DNA of 64,000 bases from an uncultured delta proteobacterium (GTDB lineage Bacteria; Desulfobacterota; Binatia; UBA9968): contig CAVSHR010000012.1 of assembly GCA_963727625.1 (NCBI GenBank), positions 320,001 through 384,000 of the forward strand, read 5' to 3'. The notes beneath the pieces were generated by a model, which was not told where the DNA came from, did not search any database, and saw only the letters and a list, made by a program, of their open reading frames with translations. Shown here one piece after another: positions 31,039-39,713 of this stretch (positions within the stretch are counted from its first letter, which is position 1; the number at the start of each line of letters is the position of its first letter). The position numbers were made by a program, and so were the translations under genes.

Positions 31039-31887
31039 TCAAAACCGGTTCAACGGGATTTTTAGATAGGCGGTTCCGTTCGCTTCCGGCTCGGGAAACT
31101 CTCCGGCGCGGATGTTGATCTGGATCGCGGGCAAAATCAGCGCCGGCATGTCGAGCTGGACGTCGCGCGCTTTTCTGAGGGTCATATATTCCAGTTTTGT
31201 TGTCCCTTCGCGCAGTTGAATATTGGATCGCTTTTGTTCAGCCACGGTCGTGACGAAACGCAGCGCGCGGCCGCCGGGCTGGTAATCGTGGCACATGAAA
31301 AGCCTGGTGCTTTCCGGCAACGCATAGATTCGCTGAATCGAATCGAAGAGCTGATCTGCCGATCCGCCGGGAAAGTCGCAGCGCGCCGTGCCGTAGTCCG
31401 GCATGAAAAGCGTATCGCCGACGAACAGCGCCTCGTCGATCTGCCAGCACATATGCGCCGGTGTGTGTCCGGGCGTGTGCATGGCTCGCACTCGGAACGA
31501 ACCGACTTCGAGCTCCTGTCCTTCGTCGAGCAACAGATCGAACTGCCGCCCATCCACCGGAAAATCCGCGCCGAGATTGTAAATGTCACGAAAAGCGCGT
31601 TGGACTTCGCCTACCCGGCTGCCGGTCACCGTGCGGGCGCCGAATCGTTTTTTAATGAAAGACATGGCGGTCAAGTGGTCCGCATGCGCATGGGTGTCGA
31701 TCACGTAGCCGATGGCAAGATTCCGGTCATCTATATACTGTGCCACCGCTTCCGCGGACACGAGGGATGTGCGCGCACTCTTCGGGTCGTAATCCAGCAC
31801 TGGGTCGATCACGACCCCGGCTTTTGTGTCATGAACGACATAGGTTAACGTCGAAATTGCCGGATCGAAAAAGTGTTGAATGTTCAT
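31039..31887 (-). CDS. MBL-fold persulfide dioxygenase (ETHE1/Blh-like)
   Basis: THAHADHLT, TPGHT, GDTLFMPDYGTARCDFPGG, CHDY. Confidence 0.88.
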   Translation of the reverse strand: MNIQHFFDPAISTLTYVVHDTKAGVVIDPVLDYDPKSARTSLVSAEAVAQYIDDRNLAIGYVIDTHAHADHLTAMSFIKKRFGARTVTGSRVGEVQRAFRDIYNLGADFPVDGRQFDLLLDEGQELEVGSFRVRAMHTPGHTPAHMCWQIDEALFVGDTLFMPDYGTARCDFPGGSADQLFDSIQRIYALPESTRLFMCHDYQPGGRALRFVTTVAEQKRSNIQLREGTTKLEYMTLRKARDVQLDMPALILPAIQINIRAGEFPEPEANGTAYLKIPLNRF

Positions 31888-31992
31888 TTCAAATCCCGGT
31901 TAAAAATCATTCGCAATACGAATCTTCATAGCTGAAGGCGCTAAAAGAGAATCAACGTTTCACCGGTAGCCCCTTCTTTGGGAACCGAAGAT

Positions 31993-32478
31993 CTAAATAT
32001 GCCCGCGGGCGTCTTGCAATTTCTTGTACCAATCGGGGACCGTGAATTCATCGACCCGGTAGGTCGGGCGGTAGCCTTTGATATCGAGGATCGGTGTGCC
32101 GTCGAAGTAGTCGAGCCCGCTGACTTTGAGAAAGCGGCCCTGCCGGCCGAGCAGGCGAACCAACGTGAGCCCGATCGGATTGGGCCGCGTCGGCGAATCC
32201 AGGGCGAAGACGCCGAGCAGCGGCAGTTCCTCGAGTTTGAACCCTCTTTTGACTAGCCTTCGCGGTTTCACCTGCAGCGGGCCGATCTGATCGGCTCTGA
32301 GCCGGTCAAAATATCCAAGCACAAAGAGATGCGAATAACCGTCGAGCCCCTCCAGTGCGGGCTCAAACTCGGCATAGATTTCCAATTCTCCAACCAGATC
32401 CTTGCCCTCACCGCGAACCTCGCCTTCGGTAAATTGCGCTTTGACCCGCCCAATGGGCTTGAAAACAATTTCAGCCAT
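31993..32478 (-). CDS. Second TsaA/TrmO-like protein
   Basis: FKPIG..GVFALDSPTRPNPIGLT..LDYFDGTPILDIK; RBS GGAGG. Confidence 0.85.
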   Translation of the reverse strand: MAEIVFKPIGRVKAQFTEGEVRGEGKDLVGELEIYAEFEPALEGLDGYSHLFVLGYFDRLRADQIGPLQVKPRRLVKRGFKLEELPLLGVFALDSPTRPNPIGLTLVRLLGRQGRFLKVSGLDYFDGTPILDIKGYRPTYRVDEFTVPDWYKKLQDARGHI

Positions 32479-32683
32479 AAAAATATCTTCCCTCCGCCAG
32501 AATTGAGATCCATTTGCCGCCGGCCTTGCCACGAAGTGCCCGGAGCACAGCCGAAGCCCGAGATTCCCTGACGTATGCGAGGATGATCACCATTTCTTTC
32601 ACGATGCTCTGCGGATTATCACGCGGACGCTCGCGCGGCGCGCCACGTCCACACTGGGTCTAGGCGCGGTTGTCTGGTATCGG

Positions 32684-33178
32684 CTATTTCTTCAACATGA
32701 AGTCCAAGTCCTCAGCGAGTGATTGGAGATCCTCCTCGTGCGCCACCTCATCCTGAAGAATTTGCAACACCATGTTGTAAGTCACCGGATCTTTTCCTTG
32801 GGTAGCGTCGAGCAATCGTTTGTAAAAGCCGATGGCGCAGCGTTCGCCTTGGATATTCTGTTTGAGGATGGTCTCGACGAACGGATCGTCGGGTGCGTCA
32901 TAGCCGCAACTGGTCACCTCGTACCACTTTTTCGGCTCGGTCACCGGCGTGCCGCCAAGCTGAATGATCCGGGTTGCGACCATGTCCGCGTGGCGCAGCT
33001 CGTCGGCGGCATGCTGCAAGAGTTCGGCGATAACTCCCTCTTTCATCGGCCCCTTCACCACCTTGGCGCCAAGCCAATACTGATAATAGGCAAACCATTC
33101 ATCCGCAAAGGCCTTGTTCAGTAGATCCAACAGCTGCTTCACATCCATGCCGACAATTTCGATGCCTTTGCTTCCCAT
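32684..33178 (-). CDS. DPS-like ferritin-family protein (DPSL/thioferritin type)
   Basis: ADEW.AYYQYW, DELRH, RIIQLGG.P, CGY..ERCAI, DEVAHE; Cys pair typical of DPSL. Confidence 0.85.
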   Translation of the reverse strand: MGSKGIEIVGMDVKQLLDLLNKAFADEWFAYYQYWLGAKVVKGPMKEGVIAELLQHAADELRHADMVATRIIQLGGTPVTEPKKWYEVTSCGYDAPDDPFVETILKQNIQGERCAIGFYKRLLDATQGKDPVTYNMVLQILQDEVAHEEDLQSLAEDLDFMLKK

Positions 33179-33195
33179 CGTTCATCCTCCCTAGC

Positions 33196-34311
33196 TTAGC
33201 TCGCTACGATCCAGTCCGGTTCCCGGGTAATTGTTTTGAGTTGCGCCCGCTCTTCCGCGCTCGGCAGCGCTTCTTTGAGGTGAAGCGCGTAGGCGTTCTC
33301 ATCGAGTGGCTCGCCGGTCGCGCTAAAACGCTTCCCCTGGCTGTCCCCGATGCTTCGATGGAACTTGAGATCCGGGGTATAGAGCTGCGGTTTGTCGGGG
33401 CCGATGTCTTTGTTGAGAATCTCGACCAGCCCTTGCACTTCCTTATGGTAGAGATTTCGGGCGAGCTCGTTCACGGCGTCGGGATCAGCCAAAGCACCGG
33501 CTTCGTTTTCGTTGAAGCGCCCTTTTAAGCCCCACCGGTACGCCTTGCCCCCCCCTTTGGAACGCTCATGGCCGAACAGGTCAAAGCAAACCGGCAACCA
33601 GCGGTTGAGTATTTTTTGGACAATCTCCACCGGCACCTTTCCAGCGCGCAGGATTCGCTGCAAACCGGTGAGGCCGGTCAAAAGGTGAAACGATTCTTCA
33701 TTCAACATCGGCCCCATGCTGCTGCCGAGCGGGCCGAACCCCGAGTGACTGAGCATCTTGAGTTGGTACATGCCGTCGCGATCGACGAACGCAGTGAAGG
33801 TGAAGAAGTCGAGCCAATCTTCGACCGGTTCGTTAAAGGCGCCAAGGATTCTCTCCTTCTTGTCCGCGCGCCGTTCCAAAAGCTTGCGCGCTTCGGCCTT
33901 TCCCGCGTCGCCGAAGTGGCGCACCAAGAGATAGCTCATCTGCCAGCCATGGCGCATCTCCTCGGCATTGATCCGCACGATGCTGCGCAGATCGCGCTCC
34001 GTCGGCGCCGAGTCGAGCAACTTGCGCTGCAATTCCACCGACGCGAACTCCGTGTCGCCCTGAATCGTGATCAATTTTAAAAGCAGATCGCGGATCTCGG
34101 GTCGGGGAATGTCATTGACGTCCTGCCATCTCCCTGTGCCGCTAAATTCACCGAAGCCTATTTCTCCATTCGGCGATTCGGCAAATTTCTCTGAAAATTC
34201 ATAGCCCTGGAGCACCGAGGAGAACAGCTTGGAATCGTAGTTGATGTCCTTCTGCCATTGCTGAAAAACATCTTTCCAATCATCGAAGGTTTCTATGCGC
34301 GTGGTCTTCAT
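33196..34311 (-). CDS. BoxB/PaaA-like di-iron aryl-CoA epoxidase subunit
   Basis: QGDTEFASVE, EEMRH, RILGAFN, DRDG.YQL, EESFH; RBS GGAGG. Confidence 0.8.
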   Translation of the reverse strand: MKTTRIETFDDWKDVFQQWQKDINYDSKLFSSVLQGYEFSEKFAESPNGEIGFGEFSGTGRWQDVNDIPRPEIRDLLLKLITIQGDTEFASVELQRKLLDSAPTERDLRSIVRINAEEMRHGWQMSYLLVRHFGDAGKAEARKLLERRADKKERILGAFNEPVEDWLDFFTFTAFVDRDGMYQLKMLSHSGFGPLGSSMGPMLNEESFHLLTGLTGLQRILRAGKVPVEIVQKILNRWLPVCFDLFGHERSKGGGKAYRWGLKGRFNENEAGALADPDAVNELARNLYHKEVQGLVEILNKDIGPDKPQLYTPDLKFHRSIGDSQGKRFSATGEPLDENAYALHLKEALPSAEERAQLKTITREPDWIVAS

Positions 34312-34337
34312 GATAACCCTCCGATCGAGCGAAGGCC

Positions 34338-34352
34338 GCAAATAACATGCCG
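34338..34352 (-). promoter_or_regulatory. sigma54 promoter for boxB-like/DPSL
   Basis: CGGCAT-GTTAT-TTGC. Confidence 0.78.
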
Positions 34353-34391
34353 CTAGGAATTACTACTTTTCGTATATTTGTCCCCGCTTGC

Positions 34392-34438
34392 TTCGCAAAG
34401 TTGCAAATACAGCGCCTCTCTTCTGTCAGATATGCCGA
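34392..34438. promoter_or_regulatory. Paired palindromic activator boxes
   Basis: TTCGCA-AAGT-TGCAAA (34392) and CTGTCA-GATA-TGCCGA (34423), 31 bp apart. Confidence 0.7.
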
Positions 34439-34634
34439 AACGCCGCGGTGTGGCCACTATCTCAGCGTCGGCAAGACGAGACCACATTAAATAATAAAAC
34501 GACTCGGAGAAGCGCTTCATCGCCGGGGCTTGAAATCAGTGGGCGAGAGTGATGACGACGGCATAGCGTCGTGACGTGCCCGTAGCTCAGCCAAAGCCCG
34601 AGACTTTCTAGCATAGGCTATGACAACATCTCCT

Positions 34635-35546
34635 TCACGATGCTCTGCGGATCAGCACCGGCGCGCTCGCATGGCGCACCACGTTCTCTGTGACGCTGCC
34701 CATCGCCCATCGGGTGATACCGGAACGACCATGTGTACACATGGCAATCAAGCTATCCGAGGTCTCGCGTGCCAGAGCGATGATCTCGTCACTGGCCATG
34801 CCTTCTTTAGATATGTGCCTGACCTTGTTGACGCCCAGTTTTGTGACTGCCGCAGCCTTCTTCTCAAGATATTCGTTGGCGCCATCCCGCGCAATGGCGA
34901 TTAACTCGCGGGAGTTGAGACCGATATTATAGTAGCTCTCATTGGTTGCGTAGCGGGCGTACGGGACATCGTAAGCGCGGAATAAGACAACCTTGAGGTC
35001 TAATTTCTTCGCCACTTCGGCAACCATCGGAAATACGCTCTCCGCCAGTTCCGAGCCGTCGAGCGGCACGATGACGGTTTTTAACGTTACCACGCCTCGA
35101 TTCTCAGCCTTTTCTTTCGCGCGCACGAGCAGCACCGGATTACCTGATCCCCGGACGACTTTTTCGGCAATGCTCCCCAACAACCAACGCTGAAGCCCCG
35201 ACCTCCCGTGCGTGGCCAGGGCAATCAAAGTGTTTTTGTCCTCTGCCGCCCGGTCGATGATGACCTCCGCCGCGTTTCCATGGTTCAACGTGCACTTCAC
35301 GTGTAGGCCGGGAAAACTTCCGGAAATAAACTCTAAGTAACTCTTGCCCCGTCCTATCTGGTCTTCTCGCAAGATGCTTAAGAGGCGCGCTCTGTTGGCC
35401 GATGCATGAGCGCCGAAGCCTGCCGTGTCGATTACGGTTAGAAGCTCGACAGGAATTCTCAGCTTGTCGGCCAGGCAGCGGCCGTAAGGCAGCGCCTGCT
35501 CGGCCGTCTTTGAGCCGTCGAGCGGAATCAGTATGCGGCTGTACAT
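34635..35546 (-). CDS. Tandem-domain universal stress protein
   Basis: MYSRILIPLDGS; two USP domains; close paralog of 1775-2680. Confidence 0.94.
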   Translation of the reverse strand: MYSRILIPLDGSKTAEQALPYGRCLADKLRIPVELLTVIDTAGFGAHASANRARLLSILREDQIGRGKSYLEFISGSFPGLHVKCTLNHGNAAEVIIDRAAEDKNTLIALATHGRSGLQRWLLGSIAEKVVRGSGNPVLLVRAKEKAENRGVVTLKTVIVPLDGSELAESVFPMVAEVAKKLDLKVVLFRAYDVPYARYATNESYYNIGLNSRELIAIARDGANEYLEKKAAAVTKLGVNKVRHISKEGMASDEIIALARETSDSLIAMCTHGRSGITRWAMGSVTENVVRHASAPVLIRRAS

Positions 35547-35576
35547 TCGTGCCTTCCTCTTTTCCTCCGCGACTTT

Positions 35577-35591
35577 GCTTCTATCTTGCCA
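35577..35591 (-). promoter_or_regulatory. sigma54-like promoter for USP
   Basis: TGGCAA-GATAG-AAGC (GG-N10-GC kept). Confidence 0.5.
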
Positions 35592-35660
35592 AGGTAGAGC
35601 AAAAAAAATACCACAAATTGTCCAGCGCGGCGAAGCCGCAACCGAATCTCGGAGTATTTC

Positions 35661-35766
35661 TCGCAAAGACGCAAAGGGCGCAAAGCTCGGAAATTAAAGG
35701 CAAGGTCATTCGCAAGCGTTTTCGTCATTTCCTCGTAAACTTGGCGACTTTGCGCCTTCGCGGGAA
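35661..35766. repeat. CGCAAAG-type inverted tandem repeat (REP/MITE-like hairpin)
   Basis: TCGCAAAGACGCAAAGGGCGCAAAG ... CTTGGCGACTTTGCGCCTTCGCGGGA. Confidence 0.6.
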
Positions 35767-35871
35767 GAAAATCCGAATCGGAAACGTCTCATGTGTAGAA
35801 AATTTGCGCGGGCCGCGAAAATTTCGAAGTATAGTAGTACTATGTTTTCCGGAAGCGTCTCGTAACTACGT

Positions 35872-35919
35872 TTGCCAGCATTGCTAGGACATAAGTTGAT
35901 ATTTTTTCAAATCTGATAA
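35872..35919. promoter_or_regulatory. Paired palindromic activator boxes (weaker)
   Basis: TTGCCA-GCAT-TGCTAG (35872) and TTTTCA-AATC-TGATAA (35904), 32 bp apart. Confidence 0.5.
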
Positions 35920-36034
35920 GCAGCGGTTATTTTTCCGACCATTCCTGATCCCTCCGCTTGGACCCCAAACAAAAGTAAAGGGTTTATGAGACCAAAAAAA
36001 TCGAATTAACATCCCATAAAATAAGGCTGTAGTC

Positions 36035-36049
36035 TGGCATAGAAAATGC
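36035..36049 (+). promoter_or_regulatory. sigma54 promoter
   Basis: TGGCAT-AGAAA-ATGC. Confidence 0.75.
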
Positions 36050-36094
36050 TCATTAATCTAAACAACTGCAGATCGCAAACGTCGAGAGGTCCGT

Positions 36095-36664
36095 ATGATT
36101 GCGATAATTTGGATAGGAGGCGCGATCGTTGCGTTGAGCGCTGTATTTATCGTCGCTTGGAGCGCGGTTCGTGAGTACTTCAAGTTCCGCGGGAAGAGGC
36201 TAGTCACCTGTCCCGAGACAAGCGAACCTGCGGCGGTTGACGTGGATGCAATGCATGCCGGGTTCTCGGCCCCGACCGGTGAGCTCGGTCTTCGCTTGAA
36301 GGACTGCAACCGATGGCCGGAGCGCAAAGACTGTGGCCAACAATGCTTAGCGCAGATCGAAGCTGCGCCGGAGGACTGCCTTGTTCGGACCATCTTGACG
36401 AAGGGGTACGCGGGGAAAAAGTGTGTTATTTGCGGCAGCGCGTTCGGTGCGATTAATTGGCTCGATCATAAACCGGCTTTGATGAGCCCTGAGCGATTGA
36501 CCGTAGAATGGAGTGAAGTCCCTCCGGAGCAAGTTCCTGAAGTCCTGGCCAGTCACAAGCCGGTCTGCTGGAACTGTCACATCGTCGAGAGGTTTCGCCA
36601 CCGTTACCCGGAATTGGTTGTGGATCGCCCTTGGAAACCGGGGGAGTCGCACCGAAGCAGGTAA
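36095..36664 (+). CDS. Membrane-anchored Cys-rich hypothetical protein
   Basis: N-terminal TM, 9 Cys (CPET, CNRWP, CGQQC, C, CVIC, CWNCH); RBS GAGG. Confidence 0.8.
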   Translation: MIAIIWIGGAIVALSAVFIVAWSAVREYFKFRGKRLVTCPETSEPAAVDVDAMHAGFSAPTGELGLRLKDCNRWPERKDCGQQCLAQIEAAPEDCLVRTILTKGYAGKKCVICGSAFGAINWLDHKPALMSPERLTVEWSEVPPEQVPEVLASHKPVCWNCHIVERFRHRYPELVVDRPWKPGESHRSR

Positions 36665-36757
36665 ATCGGCTCCGAAAGGGCTGAAAATCTGGATTCGCTT
36701 CATTCGGTTGGCCAAATTGCCTACCCGCTGTAGCGAACTCAGAACCGTGAGAGGGGG

Positions 36758-36979
36758 ATGGCCATGCCGATGATAGAACTTACGACGGTTGAAGCGAATT
36801 TATTGAAGGAAATCCTTGAGAGCGACCTGGGCGACCTGAGGATGGAGATTGCCGGCACCGATCTGAAGAGCTTCCGTGACAAGCTCAAGGAGAAGGAATC
36901 GATCATTACGCAATTAATCGAGCGCCTGGGAGCCAACCCTCCCACTCTTCTCAGAGGAGGCGGAGCTGAAATCCCGTAG
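36758..36979 (+). CDS. Small hypothetical helical protein
   Basis: LTTVEANLLKEILESDLGDLRMEIAGTD..FRDKLK; RBS GAGGGGG. Confidence 0.7.
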   Translation: MAMPMIELTTVEANLLKEILESDLGDLRMEIAGTDLKSFRDKLKEKESIITQLIERLGANPPTLLRGGGAEIP

Positions 36980-37060
36980 AAAGATTTTAAAAACCCGCGT
37001 TCGAATCATCCGAACCGCCAACGAGAGAACAACTGACCCTGAGCCCGGAAAGACTGTACG

Positions 37061-37309
37061 CTAACGAGTGCTCAGTAAATTATAAAGCCACGCGAATATT
37101 GCACCGCCGATCAACGCATCGACAAAACCCCAAAGCAGACCCATAACACTACCCGAAGGGCTTATGCTGTAGCCGCGGTAAACATGGCCGATAAAGGGAA
37201 CCTCGCCCGTGCTCCCGTCAAAAGCGATGATCCACCAGGTAAGAACAAAAAGACCAATGCCCCAGAGTAACGCGCATGTAAGCGCGAAAGCTTTCACGTT
37301 CAATTTCAT
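37061..37309 (-). CDS. Small two-TM membrane protein (holin-like family)
   Basis: Two hydrophobic helices, YRGYSISP.GS..G..WGFVD..IGGAIFAWLYN; RBS AAGGAG. Confidence 0.75.
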   Translation of the reverse strand: MKLNVKAFALTCALLWGIGLFVLTWWIIAFDGSTGEVPFIGHVYRGYSISPSGSVMGLLWGFVDALIGGAIFAWLYNLLSTR

Positions 37310-37394
37310 CCCCGACTCCTTTCACTCTATTCGCCCTGGCTGATACCACGGTCCGCGTCCTGGCGTAATTCTTATATGGACGCTCCCGCGGATC

Positions 37395-37904
37395 TTATTT
37401 TGCCGGCACCCGGAAGAAAGTTTCCGGGAGATGCGCGCGAATCTCGTGCGGCGTCATCTGAACAAGATCCAGACTAAATTCCTCTTCTATCATCCGGCGA
37501 AGTTCAGAGGTCAGGTGGTCGCGCAACAGTCCGAGAAACTCGGGTGCGGCAACTAGAATCAATCGTTCCACCTCGCCCTGGCGCCGGCCGCTTTCCAAAC
37601 GATCGGTAACCTGCTTGGCGAATGCGATCGCTCCTTGTTTCTTTGGGTCGACTTCCCGGCTCATGGCATGGCGTGTCATGCCTGTGCTTTCGAAAGACCT
37701 GCCGGGGCGATCCGCATCGATCGCCTGGGATTTCAATCGTCCTTCCGAATGTTCGAGCTTTTCCAATTCGACCAGCCTTGACGGCGGCGATTCCGCCGGG
37801 GAGGACTGGAATGTTTGCGGATCTTTCACACGCGGCGCCGGCGGCGCCGGCATGAAAATTCTCGCTCCGGTATTGTTGGCGACCACGACCCAGTTTTTTG
37901 CCAT
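37395..37904 (-). CDS. Host-attachment (AtsE/baeRF12-like) protein
   Basis: WVVVAN..ARIF..DRPGRSF..FAKQV..LILVAAPEFLG.LR; RBS AAGGAGG. Confidence 0.85.
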   Translation of the reverse strand: MAKNWVVVANNTGARIFMPAPPAPRVKDPQTFQSSPAESPPSRLVELEKLEHSEGRLKSQAIDADRPGRSFESTGMTRHAMSREVDPKKQGAIAFAKQVTDRLESGRRQGEVERLILVAAPEFLGLLRDHLTSELRRMIEEEFSLDLVQMTPHEIRAHLPETFFRVPAK

Positions 37905-37937
37905 GTTGCCCTCCTTCATGATTCCAATGGCGTGATC

Positions 37938-38027
37938 CTAACCCGGCCACATCCAGTTGCGTATCTCCGGCACGTTCTCCCCATAATGGCTGATGTAATG
38001 CCGGTGCTTGGCGAGTTTGTCGCACAT
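37938..38027 (-). pseudogene. C-terminal remnant of phosphoketolase (Xfp)
   Basis: MCDKLAKHRHYISHYGENVPEIRNWMW resembles the Xfp terminus (DKLxxHxxYIxxxGEDxPEIxxWxW). Confidence 0.6.
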
Positions 38028-38093
38028 GAGCTGCGTTAAAGACGATCACCCCGGTCGCAATCGCGGCGATCCAGGCAACTCGCCGCGAGTGAC

Positions 38094-38363
38094 TCAGCTG
38101 AGCTTTTTCTCGACACGATTCGACGAGTGATCCAGGCGCTCGAGGACCATGTCTATTTTCTTCAGTTCTTTGCCGTACCAACCATGGATTTCGTCGAGCA
38201 GCCGCCTTCGCTTTCGCTGTGTAGAGGGACTTTTCCACTGCCGGTTGGTGTCGACGATCTCCCGCTCAGCGTCGAGGTGATCAAGCGTCCGCACGACGAC
38301 CTTGCGGCGTTGCATCAACCGAAAGCGACACAGGGCATATCTTAGGTTGTCGGCAAAGCGCAT
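38094..38363 (-). CDS. Hypothetical basic helical protein
   Basis: ORF directly downstream of a perfect sigma54 promoter; no family recognised. Confidence 0.5.
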   Translation of the reverse strand: MRFADNLRYALCRFRLMQRRKVVVRTLDHLDAEREIVDTNRQWKSPSTQRKRRRLLDEIHGWYGKELKKIDMVLERLDHSSNRVEKKLS

Positions 38364-38433
38364 GCGAAATTTCCCCTGGATTGAAGTGTGCATAAGACTT
38401 TCGTCCAATAAGAACTTACTTACTTTGGAGGCC

Positions 38434-38448
38434 GCAAGAGATATGCCA
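38434..38448 (-). promoter_or_regulatory. sigma54 promoter
   Basis: TGGCAT-ATCTC-TTGC. Confidence 0.8.
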
Positions 38449-38488
38449 GCATCCTATGGGTTGATTTACCGAGGGTCGCGCCACGCGA

Positions 38489-38536
38489 TTCTCAAATTCG
38501 ATAAAGGAACCGAGCCGAGGATCTCAGCACAGCGAA
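38489..38536. promoter_or_regulatory. Paired palindromic activator boxes
   Basis: TTCTCA-AATT-CGATAA (38489) and ATCTCA-GCAC-AGCGAA (38521), 32 bp apart. Confidence 0.55.
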
Positions 38537-38545
38537 AAGCTTTGG

Positions 38546-38644
38546 TTATAGTAGCCCGGTAGCTTCCAGCACCGCATCCATGACCGCGGCGATCAAATAC
38601 CCGAGGGAAACCTGCATCGTTTTATCGTTGGTATAGGGCGGCAT
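38546..38644 (-). CDS. Small ORF (32 aa), possibly truncated
   Basis: AAAGGAGGAG RBS then MPPYTNDKTMQVSLGYLIAAVMDAVLEATGLL*. Confidence 0.4.
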   Translation of the reverse strand: MPPYTNDKTMQVSLGYLIAAVMDAVLEATGLL

Positions 38645-38731
38645 ATGATTATCTCCTCCTTTGTCCGTTACCGTTGACGGATGCAAGTTAACTGGCACGG
38701 CCGCAAGGCATCGATCGAACCGAGTTTCGCA

Positions 38732-39061
38732 TCACGGGTCCGACCTTGCAGATTTCCGTCTTTGGCAACGCAGCGCCAAGCCGACCAGAATGCCGAGACC
38801 GGCAGCAAGAGCAAACCGCCGCCAGCCCTTGTCTTGCGCGAGATCGACGGCACGTGCTTTCGCCTGCTCAGCCTGCTCGCGCAACTCATTCTTGCGCTGT
38901 GCCAATGCGGCTTTTCCCTTCTCGACCCGCTCGACCAGACGTTGACGGAGCTCGGCGATCTGCCCGCCGACATTATCTGCAGTGGCCTTGATCAACTCCT
39001 CCGCGTCATCGATAAGAATCTTGCAGTCTTCGAGTAATTTTTCCGTCGTGACCTCGCTCAT
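38732..39061 (-). CDS. ElaB/YqjD/DUF883 family protein
   Basis: LIDDAEELIKATA helical body with C-terminal TM anchor AAGLGILVGLAL; RBS GGGAGG. Confidence 0.85.
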   Translation of the reverse strand: MSEVTTEKLLEDCKILIDDAEELIKATADNVGGQIAELRQRLVERVEKGKAALAQRKNELREQAEQAKARAVDLAQDKGWRRFALAAGLGILVGLALRCQRRKSARSDP

Positions 39062-39261
39062 GACCAACCTCCCTTTCAAGCCGTTTTCAAGTGCTCAACC
39101 CCCGCTGCAAGCCTCGCGCTGAGCGCCCTTCGCAAACCCAACCTATCCGGCGCTGCGGCGCTAAAGCAGGTTCGCTAGTCGAGCTGCCGGACGCCGCAGC
39201 AATCTGTTCGACCACACAACCCGCGCATCCGCGAGACTCATTGAAATCGCCAGGAGCGTCT

Positions 39262-39276
39262 GCATGATTCATGCCC
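39262..39276 (-). promoter_or_regulatory. sigma54-like promoter upstream of DUF883 gene
   Basis: GGGCAT-GAATC-ATGC. Confidence 0.5.
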
Positions 39277-39506
39277 ACAATCGGTGTTCTGTCAAACCTC
39301 CAAATCCACACATGAAAGCACCCGCAACTTCGTGATTGTGACAACAAACGCTGCAGATTGCCTGCATGACTGCAAATAATTGCGTTTTATCAGCCGAACG
39401 CCGGACACGCCGCAGCTATTTTTCGGCTTCCAATTGCCGCGAGATACGACCTCATGTCTGTAGATTTGTCGGGAATGAGATCGGCAGGAATCTAAGCATT
39501 TGGAGG

Positions 39507-39553
39507 TTGCCAAACCTGAAAAGAAAAGCACGGAAAATTCTCGCAACCGCAAA
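39507..39553. promoter_or_regulatory. Paired palindromic activator boxes
   Basis: TTGCCA-AACC-TGAAAA (39507) and TTCTCG-CAAC-CGCAAA (39538), 31 bp apart. Confidence 0.55.
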
Positions 39554-39607
39554 AACACAAACGGCCGCCCTTCACTCGTCCAGCATCCTTTTGTCTCTCG
39601 TCTGCAA

Positions 39608-39622
39608 CGGCAAGCTTGTTGC
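39608..39622 (+). promoter_or_regulatory. sigma54 promoter
   Basis: CGGCAA-GCTTG-TTGC. Confidence 0.62.
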
Positions 39623-39713
39623 AACACTTGTTATTTAACCAATCAAGCGCTTCGCTTCCAGGCCAAACGATCATAAAGCGCCAACTGCATTTATAATAAA
39701 AGGAGCGCTTCCC

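Noticed and set aside
36095-36664. Calling the CWNCH protein a c-type cytochrome
   Set aside because: Probably cytoplasmic with many other Cys; a metal-binding role fits better.
37061-37309. Holin-like gene as evidence for a prophage
   Set aside because: No endolysin, structural, integrase or other phage genes in the window.
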